DNA of 61,899 nt, counting the filler, from Nemertoderma westbladi (Eukaryota; Animalia; Xenacoelomorpha): NCBI GenBank assembly GCA_032718475.1. It is 4 parts of 4 records of this genome, joined end to end, with 100 filler letters (N's around TTAATTAATTAA, not from the genome) between each part and the next. Parts side by side here need not be neighbours in the genome. Positions count along the whole stretch, not along the records: positions 27,938 to 41,558 come from JAUCBJ010000829.1; positions 41,659 to 55,603 come from JAUCBJ010002128.1; 2 more parts are not named here. One strand, written 5' to 3'. This document shows, piece after piece, positions 35,133-47,667 of the stretch. The translations under genes were made by a program, and so were the position numbers. Within the stretch, counting starts at the first letter, position 1. Each line of letters opens with the position of its first letter. The notes under the pieces are model-generated. The model saw nothing but the letters and a program-made list of their open reading frames with translations, was not told the DNA's origin and made no database searches.

Positions 35133-38100
35133 TCAATAATTCCACAACAAACTCAAGGATTCCGCAGTCGCCACTCGAACAGACGATGACTGAGACTTCA
35201 GCAGCTCGATTAGCGCCTGGATAACGTGCTCCTTAGTGACCGCGTGGTGGCGCTCGCGAGGAAGGTTACCCAAATAGAAACCGACGAATATTACAGAGTT
35301 GCACTGAATCTCTAGGAAAGTGGAACGGAAGAAAGTAACGGCCCCCATTACGTATAGGTTCAACCGATCGGGGAAGTCCTGAATCAACTGTTTGGTGAGA
35401 TCGTTTATAAACTCACCGTAATGAAGATTGCCATCCTCCAACAGATGTTTCTGGAACATTCCGTTTACAGAGGCGGAGTCCAGAAGAGGACCTAACTTCC
35501 GGAGGGTTTCTTTACAGTCGATACGAACCTGATTATCGGAGTCGTTGAGATGCAGAAGGATTGAGACGAGGTTCGAATGCACCTGGTCGAGGAGGGAGGA
35601 GGTGCTGGGGCCGCTGCTGAATCGCGAGAGATCCCCGAAGAGCCGGATAGCGGAACCGCGAACCTCCGGGAGATCCCGCTCGAATATGGGCCGCGCCCGG
35701 AGACAGAGGTTCACGAGAATGGGTCGCACGTGGGGCTCGTCGATCTGGGCGGCGATCCGGGACAACCCGCGGATCGCCTCCAACGTGATCGCGTCGTTGG
35801 CGTCGTCCCGGTCGTCTATCGCCGCCATCAGCGAGCTCAGCACCGTGGTGCTCGACTTGGCGACCTCGAGTTGTCCCATCGAGGCGAGGTTCCCCAGACC
35901 GCGGACGCACATCCGTCGTACCATGTGGTCTGGGTCCACCAACCGCCCAATCAGGTTGTTCAGCAGCAGCTCCACCAAGGCGTGGTCCCCTCCGCACCGT
36001 TGGTTGATTAGCTCGGCGAAGAAGGTCGCCACAATCTGACGGTTCACGTCGTAGAGGGAGGAGAAGACGGCGTTGAGGTTACCGACGACTTTAGCAACGT
36101 ACCGCGGCTCGTAGATACACAAACAACTCGCGAACACGTTGACCCCGTCGCAGAACTCCTCCTGCGATCCCAACTTATCCCAAACATCTTCCTTGTCGAG
36201 ATGATCGATTATTTTACTACATTTAGCGGCGGTTAGGAACTCCCGTAAGGCATCCACGGCCGCGCTCGACGGCTCTATAAGTTTCTTTTGTTTCTTATTG
36301 TCGGTGGATTTAACAGCGTCGAGATGCGAACCCACCGTGTGGCCGATGTTGAGCACCAAAAGGGAGTAAAGTTTATGGAAGTTGTCTAGGAGAACGACCT
36401 CAGATTCCAGGGATTGGAAGAGGACTGTAAGACCAAGAATAGCGGCGGTACGATTGGTGGGGCAGTACTTGGTTAGGGGCACCGAGGATCCCCGTGATTT
36501 CAGCGGGTGTTTCATCTCGTAGGGTTGACTCGTCGCGAACAACTCAACCACGTGGTCTACAACGCCCTGGACGATGTGCTGATCCTTAGCGAGGAACTTC
36601 CAGATATCCAGGGTGACCGAGTCGAAGGGAAGGTTGAAGGAGTAGAGACAGCTGATAACCTGGACGAGGTGGTTGGAGGCGAGAGTGCGGAACGCGTGGA
36701 GAGTCCCCGACTTGGTTTGTTCAACTTCGATCAAGGATAGTTTCTCGTGGAACATGTAGACTAGGTTACCGACTTCGTTGTAAACCTCCCCGCCGCGGGC
36801 CTTGAGGACCCCGTTGAGGACGACGCAGGCCGCGTTACCGCTGAACGCCATGATGTCGAGGAGACCATCGAAGAGAACGGTGAGGAACTCAACTAACATG
36901 GAACCCGGGAGCTTCTTAGCGACGACCTTGGAGAGGTCGCTGACGACGCTGAATAGAACGTTGGGTTCGTACCTCGCAAGTCGCTCTTTGAGCACGGGCA
37001 TGGCGTCGACCATGGGGTCGTTCAGACTCCCTTGGCACTGCAGCTGGATGTTGAGCGCGCGTTGGACACAGTCGACGGCGAGTTGGCGGATCTCGAGTTC
37101 GGTGTCGGTGGACCGCGGGACCATCCGAGCGAGAACCGTCGCGAGCACCGAGAAGTCGCCGACGTCGCTCATAGCGTCCCGGTAGGCGGTGAGCAGCGCG
37201 TATAAGGAGCGCAACGAGTCGCAACGTTGCGACACCGAATCGCTCGTCATCCAGGGTCGTTCTAAATGTTTCAGTATCGATAGGAAACCTTCGCTGTTCA
37301 AATCAGTGCGCAGGATCTCGACAAGCAGCTCGTTGAGACTCTCGACAGCCGCGTCACGGAGTTCCTTAGGGGCGGGACCGTCTGGGATTGTCTTCCCTTT
37401 GGGCGGTACGCCGCCACCCGGCGGTATCGCGAACACCTGATCGACGCAGGTCTTTATCAGGTCGAAACGTTCCGCCTCAGGAAGCGGCGGCTCCAAGCGA
37501 ACTAAGTGTTTGAGCGCCTCGAAGGCTGTCTCGCATAGATGGTTTGCGATGAACTGGGTGGGTTCCAGTTTAATGTAGCCGAGGATGTACTCGATGATTT
37601 GGGTTCGTTGTGAGAAGCTGAAGGGGGAGCCGAGATGGGCGGGATGGAAGGATTGGGCGAGGAGACTGGAGGTGCGCACCAGGGACAGCCGGAGTCGGAG
37701 GTCCTTGGCGCCGAGGTAGATGGGGTTGATGATTCGGTGGATGCAGGACTCCCACCGGGAGGTCAGCAGGGAGGTCGGCGAGAAGGTTGCTATGCGACCG
37801 TAGCTGAGGACCACTGTGGCTCTAAGCGCCTCCGCGGCGCCGGGCTCCCCGGACGATTTATCCTTCCCGAAGGCGAGGAATCCTTTCTTCCCGGACTGCG
37901 TGTCGATCTTCCTCAACGCGTTTTCCAAGGCCTCGAGCGACTGGTCGAGGTGGCACGAGGAAGCCAACCCGAACGCGTAGCTGCACCCCTCGCTCTCCAG
38001 CTCGTTACCGTGTTTACAGCTCGACAACAGTGTCGACAACATCGACGCTACCGTCGCCTTCTTGTTCAACTTCCTCATTATAATCCCCATCAACTTGAAC

Positions 38101-40106
38101 AAGAAGTTCTTCTCCTCCGGGTAGGATTTATACAGATTGAGTTGGTTCACCATCTCCTCTCCCAGGCGGCCGACCAGCTCCTCCGAGTCCAAGTCGTCCA
38201 CCGTCGTCGACAACAGCTTCAGTATAAGGTCCTCCCACTGCCGTTGGTCGTAACTCTCATCGTTCTCCGTCGCCTCCAGATGGATCAACAACTTCGGTAT
38301 CACGGAATGCCACAGATCCGGTAGATCTCTGTGTAAGTTCCCCGCGAGACTGAGCATACAGTTGAGAACGTGTTCCCCGCGTTCCGTGCCGTTGAGCGGT
38401 CGTCCGACGAGCACCAATAGCCGGACCAGGATGGCGTGCGGACGCGGGAGATTCACGTCCGTCTCGAACTCGATGTAGTAGGACTCGCGGACCTCCTCGG
38501 AGTCAGAGTCGAGTTTACTGCGCGCGATGTGAGCGAGCGAGCGACAGATAGTGCGACAGCCGGGGGTGTAGGCTTCCGCGAGGAGCAGCTCCAACAGGTA
38601 GGGCCAGAGGACGGCGTCGATACCCTCGATGGTAGAGGCCACGCTGTACAGGAGGTTGTCGCACATGGCCTTGAGTTGGGCGTTGGAGACCCACTCGGGG
38701 TCGGCGGGCCGGGATTCCGGGACCGCGATCACCAGACTGCACTTCTTCACTACGAAGTCGACCATCAGCCGTCCGCCCTCTGTCTGCAGGTAGCCGTGGT
38801 GCGCCATGGCGCTCACCGTCTGGGCCAGCGACTTAGCGACCTTGTTGGACGGGTCGTTGACCAACAGTTTAACGCCGCTGATTATTAAACTCTTCTTGTT
38901 GCTTAGCGACGCCTCGCAACTGTTTATTAGATGTCGGATCGCAGCTAAAGATCCGATCTTTACGCGATCGTTCGAGGCCTCGAGTTTCTGCAACAGGAAT
39001 CCGATAATCCGATCGCTGAACGGTGGAGTTAGAACCGCGAAGCAACGGAGCAACTCGTTGTGGTTCTTTATAGTCGTGGGGTAGTTGTAGTCGAAAGCGT
39101 GACAGACCTGCGGGAATATAATGGAGATCACTGGGTCTAATAGGGTCTCAAGGCCTTTACAGCCCAGGTTAACCGCTGATTGGAGGACCAAACCGAGGCC
39201 CTGAGTAATGTGATGGGGATTCCCCGGGCGTTTATAAAGACTCATAATGGAGGGGACCAGTTTAGGGAGCTGCTCCTCTAGGCGCTCTGCTCCCAGGAGC
39301 TCGCTCATCGCCCCTATGGCCTCGACGATAATCATACGGAGTCGGGCGTCCTTTGAGTTCATCCAGTCGCCGAAGAGCAGCGTGTAAGCGGAGTATATCT
39401 CCTGGGCGTACATGTCTGCCCGCACGGTGGGGTCGGGGGCCGCCTCCAGGTTAGCCAGGTAATCCTCGATGCTCTCCGAGAACTTCAGCAAAGCGTTGGC
39501 GAAGGCCCAACGCATGTTATCGTGTTTGCACATCCCCAACATCGGGAGCATAACCCCGAGAATCTCCGTGAGATAAGGAACGCAACCGTAAACATTAGCA
39601 ACGGCCACGTCGCCAAGAGTCTTAACCGTAAAGAAATGAGGCAGAACTCCCGGTTGGATCTTGGCTCGTAGTAACTCCATGGCCTCCGCCGGGAATAAAC
39701 GAGCTACGGCCACGATCACGGCGCTAGCAGCTCCCTGCCAATCCGGGACCACCTCCTTCGCTTTAGTGAGTTCCTCGCAACACAATTGCAGCATCTCTGT
39801 ACCTAAAACCGCGGTAAATTTGTGCCCGGAAGGCCGTTCCAACACGACCTTTTCTATTGTGTTGAGGATTATTATCCGATGTGGTGTGTTCATACTACTG
39901 TGGGTCCGCATGTAAGTGACGCAAGATGCTAGCACTAATTCCGGCTTGTGTTTCCCCAACTCTACTAAGGAATTTCTCACCGCGTCGCAAACGTCGCTAT
40001 TTCTGTCTCCCGCGGCTTCGATTAATGCCATGGAAATCCGTTCAGCCTCGCCGCTTTGCCCCCCAGCCAAAACGTAAGCATCGCCACTTTGTCCAGGCAT
40101 TATCAT
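35133..40106 (-). CDS. MROH1: Maestro HEAT-like repeat-containing protein 1; single-exon CDS
   Basis: 1657-aa all-helical HEAT-repeat ORF with family-typical segments (PGVLPHFFTVKTLG, KNHNELLRCF, VLWPYLLE, LHYGEFINDL); length fits MROH1. Confidence 0.9.
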   Translation of the reverse strand: MIMPGQSGDAYVLAGGQSGEAERISMALIEAAGDRNSDVCDAVRNSLVELGKHKPELVLASCVTYMRTHSSMNTPHRIIILNTIEKVVLERPSGHKFTAVLGTEMLQLCCEELTKAKEVVPDWQGAASAVIVAVARLFPAEAMELLRAKIQPGVLPHFFTVKTLGDVAVANVYGCVPYLTEILGVMLPMLGMCKHDNMRWAFANALLKFSESIEDYLANLEAAPDPTVRADMYAQEIYSAYTLLFGDWMNSKDARLRMIIVEAIGAMSELLGAERLEEQLPKLVPSIMSLYKRPGNPHHITQGLGLVLQSAVNLGCKGLETLLDPVISIIFPQVCHAFDYNYPTTIKNHNELLRCFAVLTPPFSDRIIGFLLQKLEASNDRVKIGSLAAIRHLINSCEASLSNKKSLIISGVKLLVNDPSNKVAKSLAQTVSAMAHHGYLQTEGGRLMVDFVVKKCSLVIAVPESRPADPEWVSNAQLKAMCDNLLYSVASTIEGIDAVLWPYLLELLLAEAYTPGCRTICRSLAHIARSKLDSDSEEVRESYYIEFETDVNLPRPHAILVRLLVLVGRPLNGTERGEHVLNCMLSLAGNLHRDLPDLWHSVIPKLLIHLEATENDESYDQRQWEDLILKLLSTTVDDLDSEELVGRLGEEMVNQLNLYKSYPEEKNFLFKLMGIIMRKLNKKATVASMLSTLLSSCKHGNELESEGCSYAFGLASSCHLDQSLEALENALRKIDTQSGKKGFLAFGKDKSSGEPGAAEALRATVVLSYGRIATFSPTSLLTSRWESCIHRIINPIYLGAKDLRLRLSLVRTSSLLAQSFHPAHLGSPFSFSQRTQIIEYILGYIKLEPTQFIANHLCETAFEALKHLVRLEPPLPEAERFDLIKTCVDQVFAIPPGGGVPPKGKTIPDGPAPKELRDAAVESLNELLVEILRTDLNSEGFLSILKHLERPWMTSDSVSQRCDSLRSLYALLTAYRDAMSDVGDFSVLATVLARMVPRSTDTELEIRQLAVDCVQRALNIQLQCQGSLNDPMVDAMPVLKERLARYEPNVLFSVVSDLSKVVAKKLPGSMLVEFLTVLFDGLLDIMAFSGNAACVVLNGVLKARGGEVYNEVGNLVYMFHEKLSLIEVEQTKSGTLHAFRTLASNHLVQVISCLYSFNLPFDSVTLDIWKFLAKDQHIVQGVVDHVVELFATSQPYEMKHPLKSRGSSVPLTKYCPTNRTAAILGLTVLFQSLESEVVLLDNFHKLYSLLVLNIGHTVGSHLDAVKSTDNKKQKKLIEPSSAAVDALREFLTAAKCSKIIDHLDKEDVWDKLGSQEEFCDGVNVFASCLCIYEPRYVAKVVGNLNAVFSSLYDVNRQIVATFFAELINQRCGGDHALVELLLNNLIGRLVDPDHMVRRMCVRGLGNLASMGQLEVAKSSTTVLSSLMAAIDDRDDANDAITLEAIRGLSRIAAQIDEPHVRPILVNLCLRARPIFERDLPEVRGSAIRLFGDLSRFSSGPSTSSLLDQVHSNLVSILLHLNDSDNQVRIDCKETLRKLGPLLDSASVNGMFQKHLLEDGNLHYGEFINDLTKQLIQDFPDRLNLYVMGAVTFFRSTFLEIQCNSVIFVGFYLGNLPRERHHAVTKEHVIQALIELLKSQSSSVRVATAESLSLLWNY

Positions 40107-40338
40107 TAGCGATAGATAGATCAGACCAATAAATATCCCGATAACTTATAGATCGTGCCGTATCTGCCAGTCGTTATTCCAGTACCGGTATATCCCGCCA
40201 CAAGCGTCGCATTTAAATAATAATTATCCACGAATTAAAATACTGAGAAAGGGTCCTACATACTGACATAAGGTAGCAAGGTAGGTACCGGCAGTGCGGC
40301 AGTAGTCCTATATCTGTATAGGCCTATACATTAGACTG

Positions 40339-41400
40339 CACTGAAATTTTAACTTTTTTCGAAATGATGAAGACTTGTTGATGGAATTTGTTCCAATTTG
40401 GTCACTGACCACCAAATGATAAGCTGTTTCGTGATAACTTTATCATGTGGGCTACTGACTGGGGGTTAATAAAGTTTACTGGATCAAGCGCCGGTATAGT
40501 TTATCGCGAAGTCTATAAATTTTTTATGGTTCCATTTTTTTAAAAATGTGATGTTACTAATGTGATCATAATGCCATAAGCTTTCATTTGAATGGCTGGA
40601 ATATATGCTTTTTGTAACTTTTTAAACTATTACTAATATATCATAATAACGCAATTTCATATATCGCGATCGCCCAGTATATAACTCTGAAAGCACTACT
40701 TAATTCTTGGCAGGACTGGTATATAAAACATAGAAAATACAATGCAACAGATAACAGAACAATTAGAATAGTACCTATGATCTAATCAACTCAACAAAGT
40801 TAGTACTGTATTAATTTCAGTATATGTTTCTACACTAGGTCCATCAGAGTCTTTCCTTGAGAGTACGCTTTTGAAAATCTGGAACTTTCTTGCGACTGTC
40901 TTCAACGACTTGTAGTACAGCTTGATGTTCCTTCTCATCCTTAGTAAGGAGTCCATTGTAAATTGCCTGGGTACGGATAAGTCTTTCTGACAGGTCATTC
41001 ACGGGATCCTTGTCATTGATAATACAACAAAATTGATTGTAATCATCATAGAGTACCCAAGTTGCTGGTTTTTGGTGTAACCAACCGAATAACAACCCCA
41101 ACAACTGGGGCATTAGCCATGAATCAGGGCCAATGAGATCCTCCAAAGTTGTGCCATTGTCCAGGTTTACATTGTTTGGTGGAACCTCACGACTAGTCTT
41201 GGTTCCTTTCTTGACCACTGCTGCCACAGAAAGATCCTGTCGATCATCATTTGGTTTAGCTTCGAGCATCGCAATAGCAATCCTCTCCTTTTGTTCATTG
41301 GAGACCCGATCATTTGCCAGACTAACAGGTACCACTTCCTGCCTCAGGTACCACAGATGGCCAGTTAGTTTCTTTAGTAAAGATTAAACAATGGATTATA
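40339..41400 (-). mobile_element. DNA transposon 3' remnant with C-terminal transposase fragment (ORF 40844-41335)
   Basis: VNDLSERLI..LTKDEKEHQAVLQVVEDSRKKVP resembles the VNDxAERxV..TKDExQxQxLLQVVE tail of an invertebrate DDE transposase group; possible CACTG terminus at 40339. Superfamily uncertain. Confidence 0.6.
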
Positions 41401-41558
41401 TTATTTACCGCTAACATTAAATATTGTTTTAAATATATACATCACCTGATAATGAAAACGCTACTATTAAATAATCAAAATGAAGGTGGTTTAATCAACG
41501 AGCAATTAGTGTAGCTATACAATAATTGGGTTTTTAATCGGAAATATTATAAAGGAAG

Positions 41559-41658
41559 NNNNNNNNNNNNNNNNNNNNNNNNNNNNNNNNNNNNNNNNNN
41601 NNTTAATTAATTAANNNNNNNNNNNNNNNNNNNNNNNNNNNNNNNNNNNNNNNNNNNN
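41559..41658. other. Assembly gap with linker
   Basis: N-run with TTAATTAATTAA. Confidence 0.97.
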
Positions 41659-44600
41659 ACTAACTTACATCCTTGTAACCTCTGTAGTCCATATGGGTTG
41701 TAACCTCTTTACTAACTTACATTCTAGTAACCTCTGTAGTCCATATGGGTTGTAACCTCTTTACTAACTTACATCCTTGTAACCTCTGTAGTCCATATGG
41801 GTTGTAACGTCTTTACTAACTTACATTCTTGTAACCTCTGTAGTCCATATGGGTTGTAACCTCTTTACTAACTTACAATCTTGTAACCTCTGTAGTCCAT
41901 ATGGGTTGTAACCTCTTTACTAACTTACATTCTTGTAACCTCTGTAGTCCATATGGGTTGTAACCTCTTTACTAACTTACAATCTTGTAACCTCTGTAGT
42001 CCATATGGGTTGTAACCTCTTTACTAACTTACATCCTTGTAACCTCTGTAGTCCATATGGGTTGTAACCTCTTTACTAACTTACATTCATGTAACCTCTG
42101 TAGTCCATTTGGGTTGTAACCTCTTTACTAACTTACATCCTTGTAACCTCTGTAGTCCATATGGGTTGTAACGTCTTTACTAACTTACAATCTTGTAACC
42201 TCTTTACTAACTTACATCCTTGTAACCTCTGTAGTCCGTATGGGTTGTAACGTCTTTACTAACTTACAATCTTGTAACCTCTTTACTAACTTACATCCTT
42301 GTAACCTCTGTAGTCCGTATGGGTTGTAACGTCTTTACTAACTTACATTCTTGTAACCTCTGTAGTCCGTATGGTTTGTAACCTCTTTACTAACTTACAT
42401 CCTTGTAACCTCTGTAGTCCGTATGGGTTGTAACCTCTTTACTAACTTACATCCTTGTAACCTCTGTAGTCCATATGGGTTGTAACCTCTTTACTAACTT
42501 ACATTCTTGTAACCTCTGTAGTCCATATGGGTTGTAACCTCTTTACTAACTTACATCCTTGTAACCTCTGTAGTCCGTATGGGTTGTAACCTCTTTACTA
42601 ACTTACATTCTAGTAACCTCTGTAGTCCATATGGGTTGTAACCTCTTTACTAACTTACATCCTTGTAACCTCTGTAGTCCATATGGGTTGTAACCTCTTT
42701 ACTAACTTACATCCTTGTAACCTCTGTAGTCCATATGGGTTGTAACCTCTTTACTAACTTACATCCTTGTAACCTCTGTAGTCCGTATGGGTTGTAACCT
42801 CTTTATTAACTTACATTCTAGTAACCTCTGTAGTCCATATGGGTTGTAACCTCTTTACTAACTTACATTGTAACCTCTGTAGTCCGTATGGGTTGTAACC
42901 TCTTTATTAACTTACATTCTAGTAACCTCTTTATTAACTTACAATCCTGTAACCTCTTTACTAACTTACTATCTTGTAACCTCTTTACTAACTTACATCC
43001 TTGTAACCTCTGTAGTCCATATGGGTTGTAACCTCTTTACTAACTTACATTCTAGTAACCTCTGTAGTCCATATGGGTTGTAACCTCTTTACTAACTTAC
43101 ATCCTTGTAACCTCTGTAGTCAATATGGGTTGTAACCTCTTTATTAACTTACATCCTTGTAACCTCTGTAGTCCATATGGGTTGTAACCTCTTTACTAAC
43201 TTACATTCTAGTAACCTCTGTAGTCCATATGGGTTGTAACCTCTTTACTAACTTACATTCTTGTAACCTCTGTAGTCAATATGGGTTGTAACCTCTTTAC
43301 TAACTTACATTCTTGTAACCTCTTTATTAACTTACAATCTTGTAACCTCTTTACTAACTTACATCCTTGTAACCTCTGTAGTCCATATGGGTTGTAACCT
43401 CTTTACTAACTTACATTCTAGTAACCTCTGTAGTCCATATGGGTTGTAACCTCTTTACTAACTTACATCCTTGTAACCTCTGTAGTCAATATGGGTTGTA
43501 ACCTCTTTACTAACTTACATTCTAGTAACCTCTGTAGTCCATATGGGTTGTAACCTCTTTATTAACTTACATCCTTGTAACCTCTGTAGTCCATATGGGT
43601 TGTAACCTCTTTACTAACTTACATCCTTGTAACCTCTGTAGTCCGTATGGGTTGTAACCTCTTTACTAACTTACATTCTTGTAACCTCTGTAGTCCATAT
43701 GGGTTGTAACCTCTTTACTAACTTACATCCTTGTAACCTCTGTAGTCAATATGGGTTGTAACCTCTTTACTAACTTACATCCTTGTAACCTCTGTAGTCC
43801 GTATGGGTTGTAACCTCTTTACTAACTTACATTCTTGTAACCTCTGTAGTCCATATGGGTTGTAACCTCTTTACTAACTTACATCCTTGTAACCTCTGTA
43901 GTCAATATGGGTTGTAACCTCTTTACTAACTTACATCCTTGTAACCTCTGTAGTCAATATGGGTTGTAACCTCTTTACTAACTTACATTCTAGTAACCTC
44001 TGTAGTCCATATGGGTTGTAACCTCTTTATTAACTTACATTCTTGTAACCTCTGTAGTCCGTATGGGTTGTAACCTCTTTACTAACTTACATCCTTGTAA
44101 CCTCTGTAGTCCATATGGGTTGTAACCTCTTTACTAACTTACATTCTTGTAACCTCTGTAGTCCGTATGGATTGTAACCTCTTTACTAACTTACATCCTT
44201 GTAACCTCTGTAGTCCATATGGGTTGTAACCTCTTTACTAACTTACATCCTTGTAACCTCTGTAGTCAATATGGGTTGTAACCTCTTTACTAACTTACAT
44301 TCTAGTAACCTCTGTAGTCCATATGGGTTGTAACCTCTTTACTAACTTACATCCTTGTAACCTCTGTAGTCAATATGGGTTGTAACCTCTTTACTAACTT
44401 ACATTCTAGTAACCTCTGTAGTCCGTATGGGTTTTAACCTCTTTACTAACTTACAATCTTGTAACCTCTGTAGTCCATATGGGTTGTAACCTCTTTACTA
44501 ACTTACATCCTTGTAACCTCTGTAGTCCATATGGGTTGTAACCTCTTTACTAACTTACATTCTAGTAACCTCTGTAGTCCATATGGGTTGTAACCTCTTT

Positions 44601-46253
44601 ACTAACTTACATCCTTGTAACCTCTGTAGTCCATATGGGTTGTAACCTCTTTACTAACTTACATCCTTGTAACCTCTGTAGTCCATATGGGTTGTAACCT
44701 CTTTACTAACTTACATTCTAGTAACCTCTGTAGTCCATATGGGTTGTAACCTCTTTACTAACTTACATCCTTGTAACCTCTGTAGTCCATATGGGTTGTA
44801 ACCTCTTTACTAACTTACATTCTAGTAACCTCTGTAGTCCATATGGGTTGTAACCTCTTTACTAACTTACATCCTTGTAACCTCTGTAGTCCATATGGGT
44901 TGTAACCTCTTTACTAACTTACATCCTTGTAACCTCTGTAGTCCATATGGGTTGTAACCTCTTTACTAACTTACATTCTAGTAACCTCTGTACTCCATAT
45001 GGGTTGTAACCTCTTTACTAACTTACATCCTTGTAACCTCTGTAGTCCATATGGGTTGTAACCTCTTTACTAACTTACATTCTAGTAACCTCTGTAGTCC
45101 ATATGGGTTGTAACCTCTTTACTAACTTACATCCTTGTAACCTCTGTAGTCCATATGGGTTGTAACCTCTTTACTAACTTACATCCTTGTAACCTCTGTA
45201 GTCCATATGGGTTGTAACCTCTTTACTAACTTACATTCTAGTAACCTCTGTAGTCCATATGGGTTGTAACCTCTTTACTAACTTACATCCTTGTAACCTC
45301 TGTAGTCAATATGGGTTGTAACCTCTTTACTAACTTACATCCTTGTAACCTCTGTAGTCAATATGGGTTGTAACCTCTTTACTAACTTACATCCTTGTAA
45401 CCTCTGTAGTCAATATGGGTTGTAACCTCTTTACTAACTTACATTCTAGTAACCTCTGTAGTCCGTATGGGTTTTAACCTCTTTACTAACTTACAATCTT
45501 GTAACCTCTGTAGTCCATATGGGTTGTAACCTCTTTACTAACTTACATCCTTGTAACCTCTGTAGTCAATATGGGTTGTAACCTCTTTACTAACTTACAT
45601 CCTTGTAACCTCTGTAGTCAATATGGGTTGTAACCTCTTTACTAACTTACATTCTAGTAACCTCTGTAGTCCGTATGGGTTTTAACCTCTTTACTAACTT
45701 ACAATCTTGTAACCTCTGTAGTCCATATGGGTTGTAACCTCTTTACTAACTTACATCCTTGTAACCTCTGTAGTCCATATGGGTTGTAACCTCTTTACTA
45801 ACTTACATTCTTGTAACCTCTGTAGTCCGTATGGGTTGTAACCTCTTTAGTAACTTACATCCTTGTAACCTCTTTACTAACTTACAATCTTGTAACCTCT
45901 TTACTAACTTACATCCTTGTAACCTCTGTAGTCCATATGGGTTGTAACCTCTTTATTAACTTACATTCTTGTAACCTCTGTAGTCCGTATGGGTTGTAAC
46001 CTCTTTACTAACTTACATCCTTGTAACCTCTGTAGTCCATATGGGTTGTAACCTCTTTATTAACTTACATTCTTGTAACCTCTGTAGTCCATATGGGTTG
46101 TAACCTCTTTACTAACTTACATCCTTGTAACCTCTGTAGTCCATATGGGTTGTAACCTCTTTACTAACTTACATCCTTGTAACCTCTGTAGTCCGTATGG
46201 GTTGTAACCTCTTTACTAACTTACATCCTTGTAACCTCTGTAGTCCGTATGGG
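41659..46253. repeat. 52-bp minisatellite (about 88 units) derived from the SAXO exon/intron junction
   Basis: Unit ACTAACTTACATCCTTGTAACCTCTGTAGTCCATATGGGTTGTAACCTCTTT, built from 25- and 27-bp subunits sharing TTGTAACCTCT. Confidence 0.97.
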
Positions 46254-46406
46254 TGGTTGTATCCAGGTAGTAATCTCCCTCTGTACCTATGGCCACTTGT
46301 CCGGGTGGCCTTTTTACGGCGTCCCTTTTCTTTTGATATTTTCCAGGGTAAGAATACCCCGTCTCCGTTATTAGCTTCGAGTTTCCATCCGGAAACAATA
46401 ATTCGC
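46225..46406 (-). CDS. SAXO1/SAXO2: SAXO-family gene, exon 4
   Basis: ttaacag| phase-1 acceptor; GELLFPDG..YYLDTTTHTDYRGYKD; donor GAT|GTAAGT (or read-through to TAG at 46216-46218). Confidence 0.8.
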
Positions 46407-47055
46407 CTGTTAAACAGTTAAATAATTTATATTTATTTGAGATGGCGACCGTTACGTGGTTTATCATCACCTTGACAACCACAACAACCGGTCAATCCTG
46501 TCCAACCATCTACAGCAGATGTGATACATGAGCGAGTTAATTGATCACAAAAACCAACTATGTGTTTAGTGGGTCCACGTCTATATTTGCCATTGTTCAT
46601 AAGCACTTTATAGCGTTACGCCACAAAGGGTTTTTGTAACAAAACGAGGGCCGTAAAAGCTTTTAAAAATTATGAACAATAGCGAATCTAATTTTATTTA
46701 TTTGTGGGGAAATACATGTAGTTATGCACTTTTAAAATTTTCTAGAACAACCTAATAATGACCCGGTGACATATTGGATATACTCGAAATACATAGTAAT
46801 TTGGCGTATGGCGTAGAGACATAAGAAATAATTTATTAGTGGTATTGCACAGCTGTGATAACCTTGTTGCAAAATCTGTGCCCAACAAAAAGTTATAAGA
46901 AATAATGTCGCACTGCGATATACAGTAGGACAATATGTCGCCCTGGCGATTTGGTATTGGTAAGTGCGAAATTATATCCATACAAATAAATAAAATAATA
47001 CTTTTAAAAGTTACAAATTTCACAAACAATATAGTTCTATATAGTAATGTTAAAC

Positions 47056-47281
47056 CTGTGTAAGTGGGTGGTTCTCTGTACTGTATATGAGGCCCGGTAC
47101 CCCACTCTCGGTAATGTTCTCGATGAGTTGTCTGTCCGTCGAACGGTCCTCCGCCAATACGACCCCTTTCTACCCCGACTGGGCCAGCCAATACCGGTAG
47201 GTTCACCTTGTGTTGATTGTATGTCATCTGGTTTACAGTGCGACTGTTAAACGCCTCAGTTGGTGGTTGATATTTATCGGA
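47056..47281 (-). CDS. SAXO1/SAXO2: SAXO-family gene, exon 3
   Basis: attaacag|SDKYQPPTEAFNSRTVNQMTY..FDGQTTHREHYREW (Mn-like motifs); phase-1 donor G|GTTTAA matches the next exon. Confidence 0.85.
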
Positions 47282-47667
47282 CTGTTAATAAGAAATAATG
47301 TTTTTATAGACTTTTAAAATAAGTAATATTATTATATATACGGATTTCGATAGATATTATTTTTATAAAAATTAGTAGTGTTTTATTAATTACTAAGTAA
47401 TAAATTTTAATAACGAAAAACAAGATGTAAGTTCTTATTTATTGTTGTATATATATTGTAATTTTATCAAACATGAGAAACAATACTTTCAGTTTCTCTT
47501 TATCAATAATATTAATAGATCTATCGGTCTAGAGGCATCAATCATACATATGTAATATGAACATGAACAATTATATTGCATAATAACGTTTATAATAACA
47601 GTACAGTATTTTATGATATCTTTTAATGCTAGACAGACGTTAGATCCACCCAACTCTACAAACACAC

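Noticed and set aside
35533-40132. Overlapping and antisense ORFs within MROH1
   Set aside because: Same GC-driven shadow ORFs.
41659-46253. CRISPR-like appearance, or a fully coding array of 36-nt microexons with 16-nt introns
   Set aside because: No unique spacers or cas genes. Many units have in-frame TAG (TAC TAG AAT), 27-bp-only units break the frame, and the GAG acceptor lacks a pyrimidine tract.
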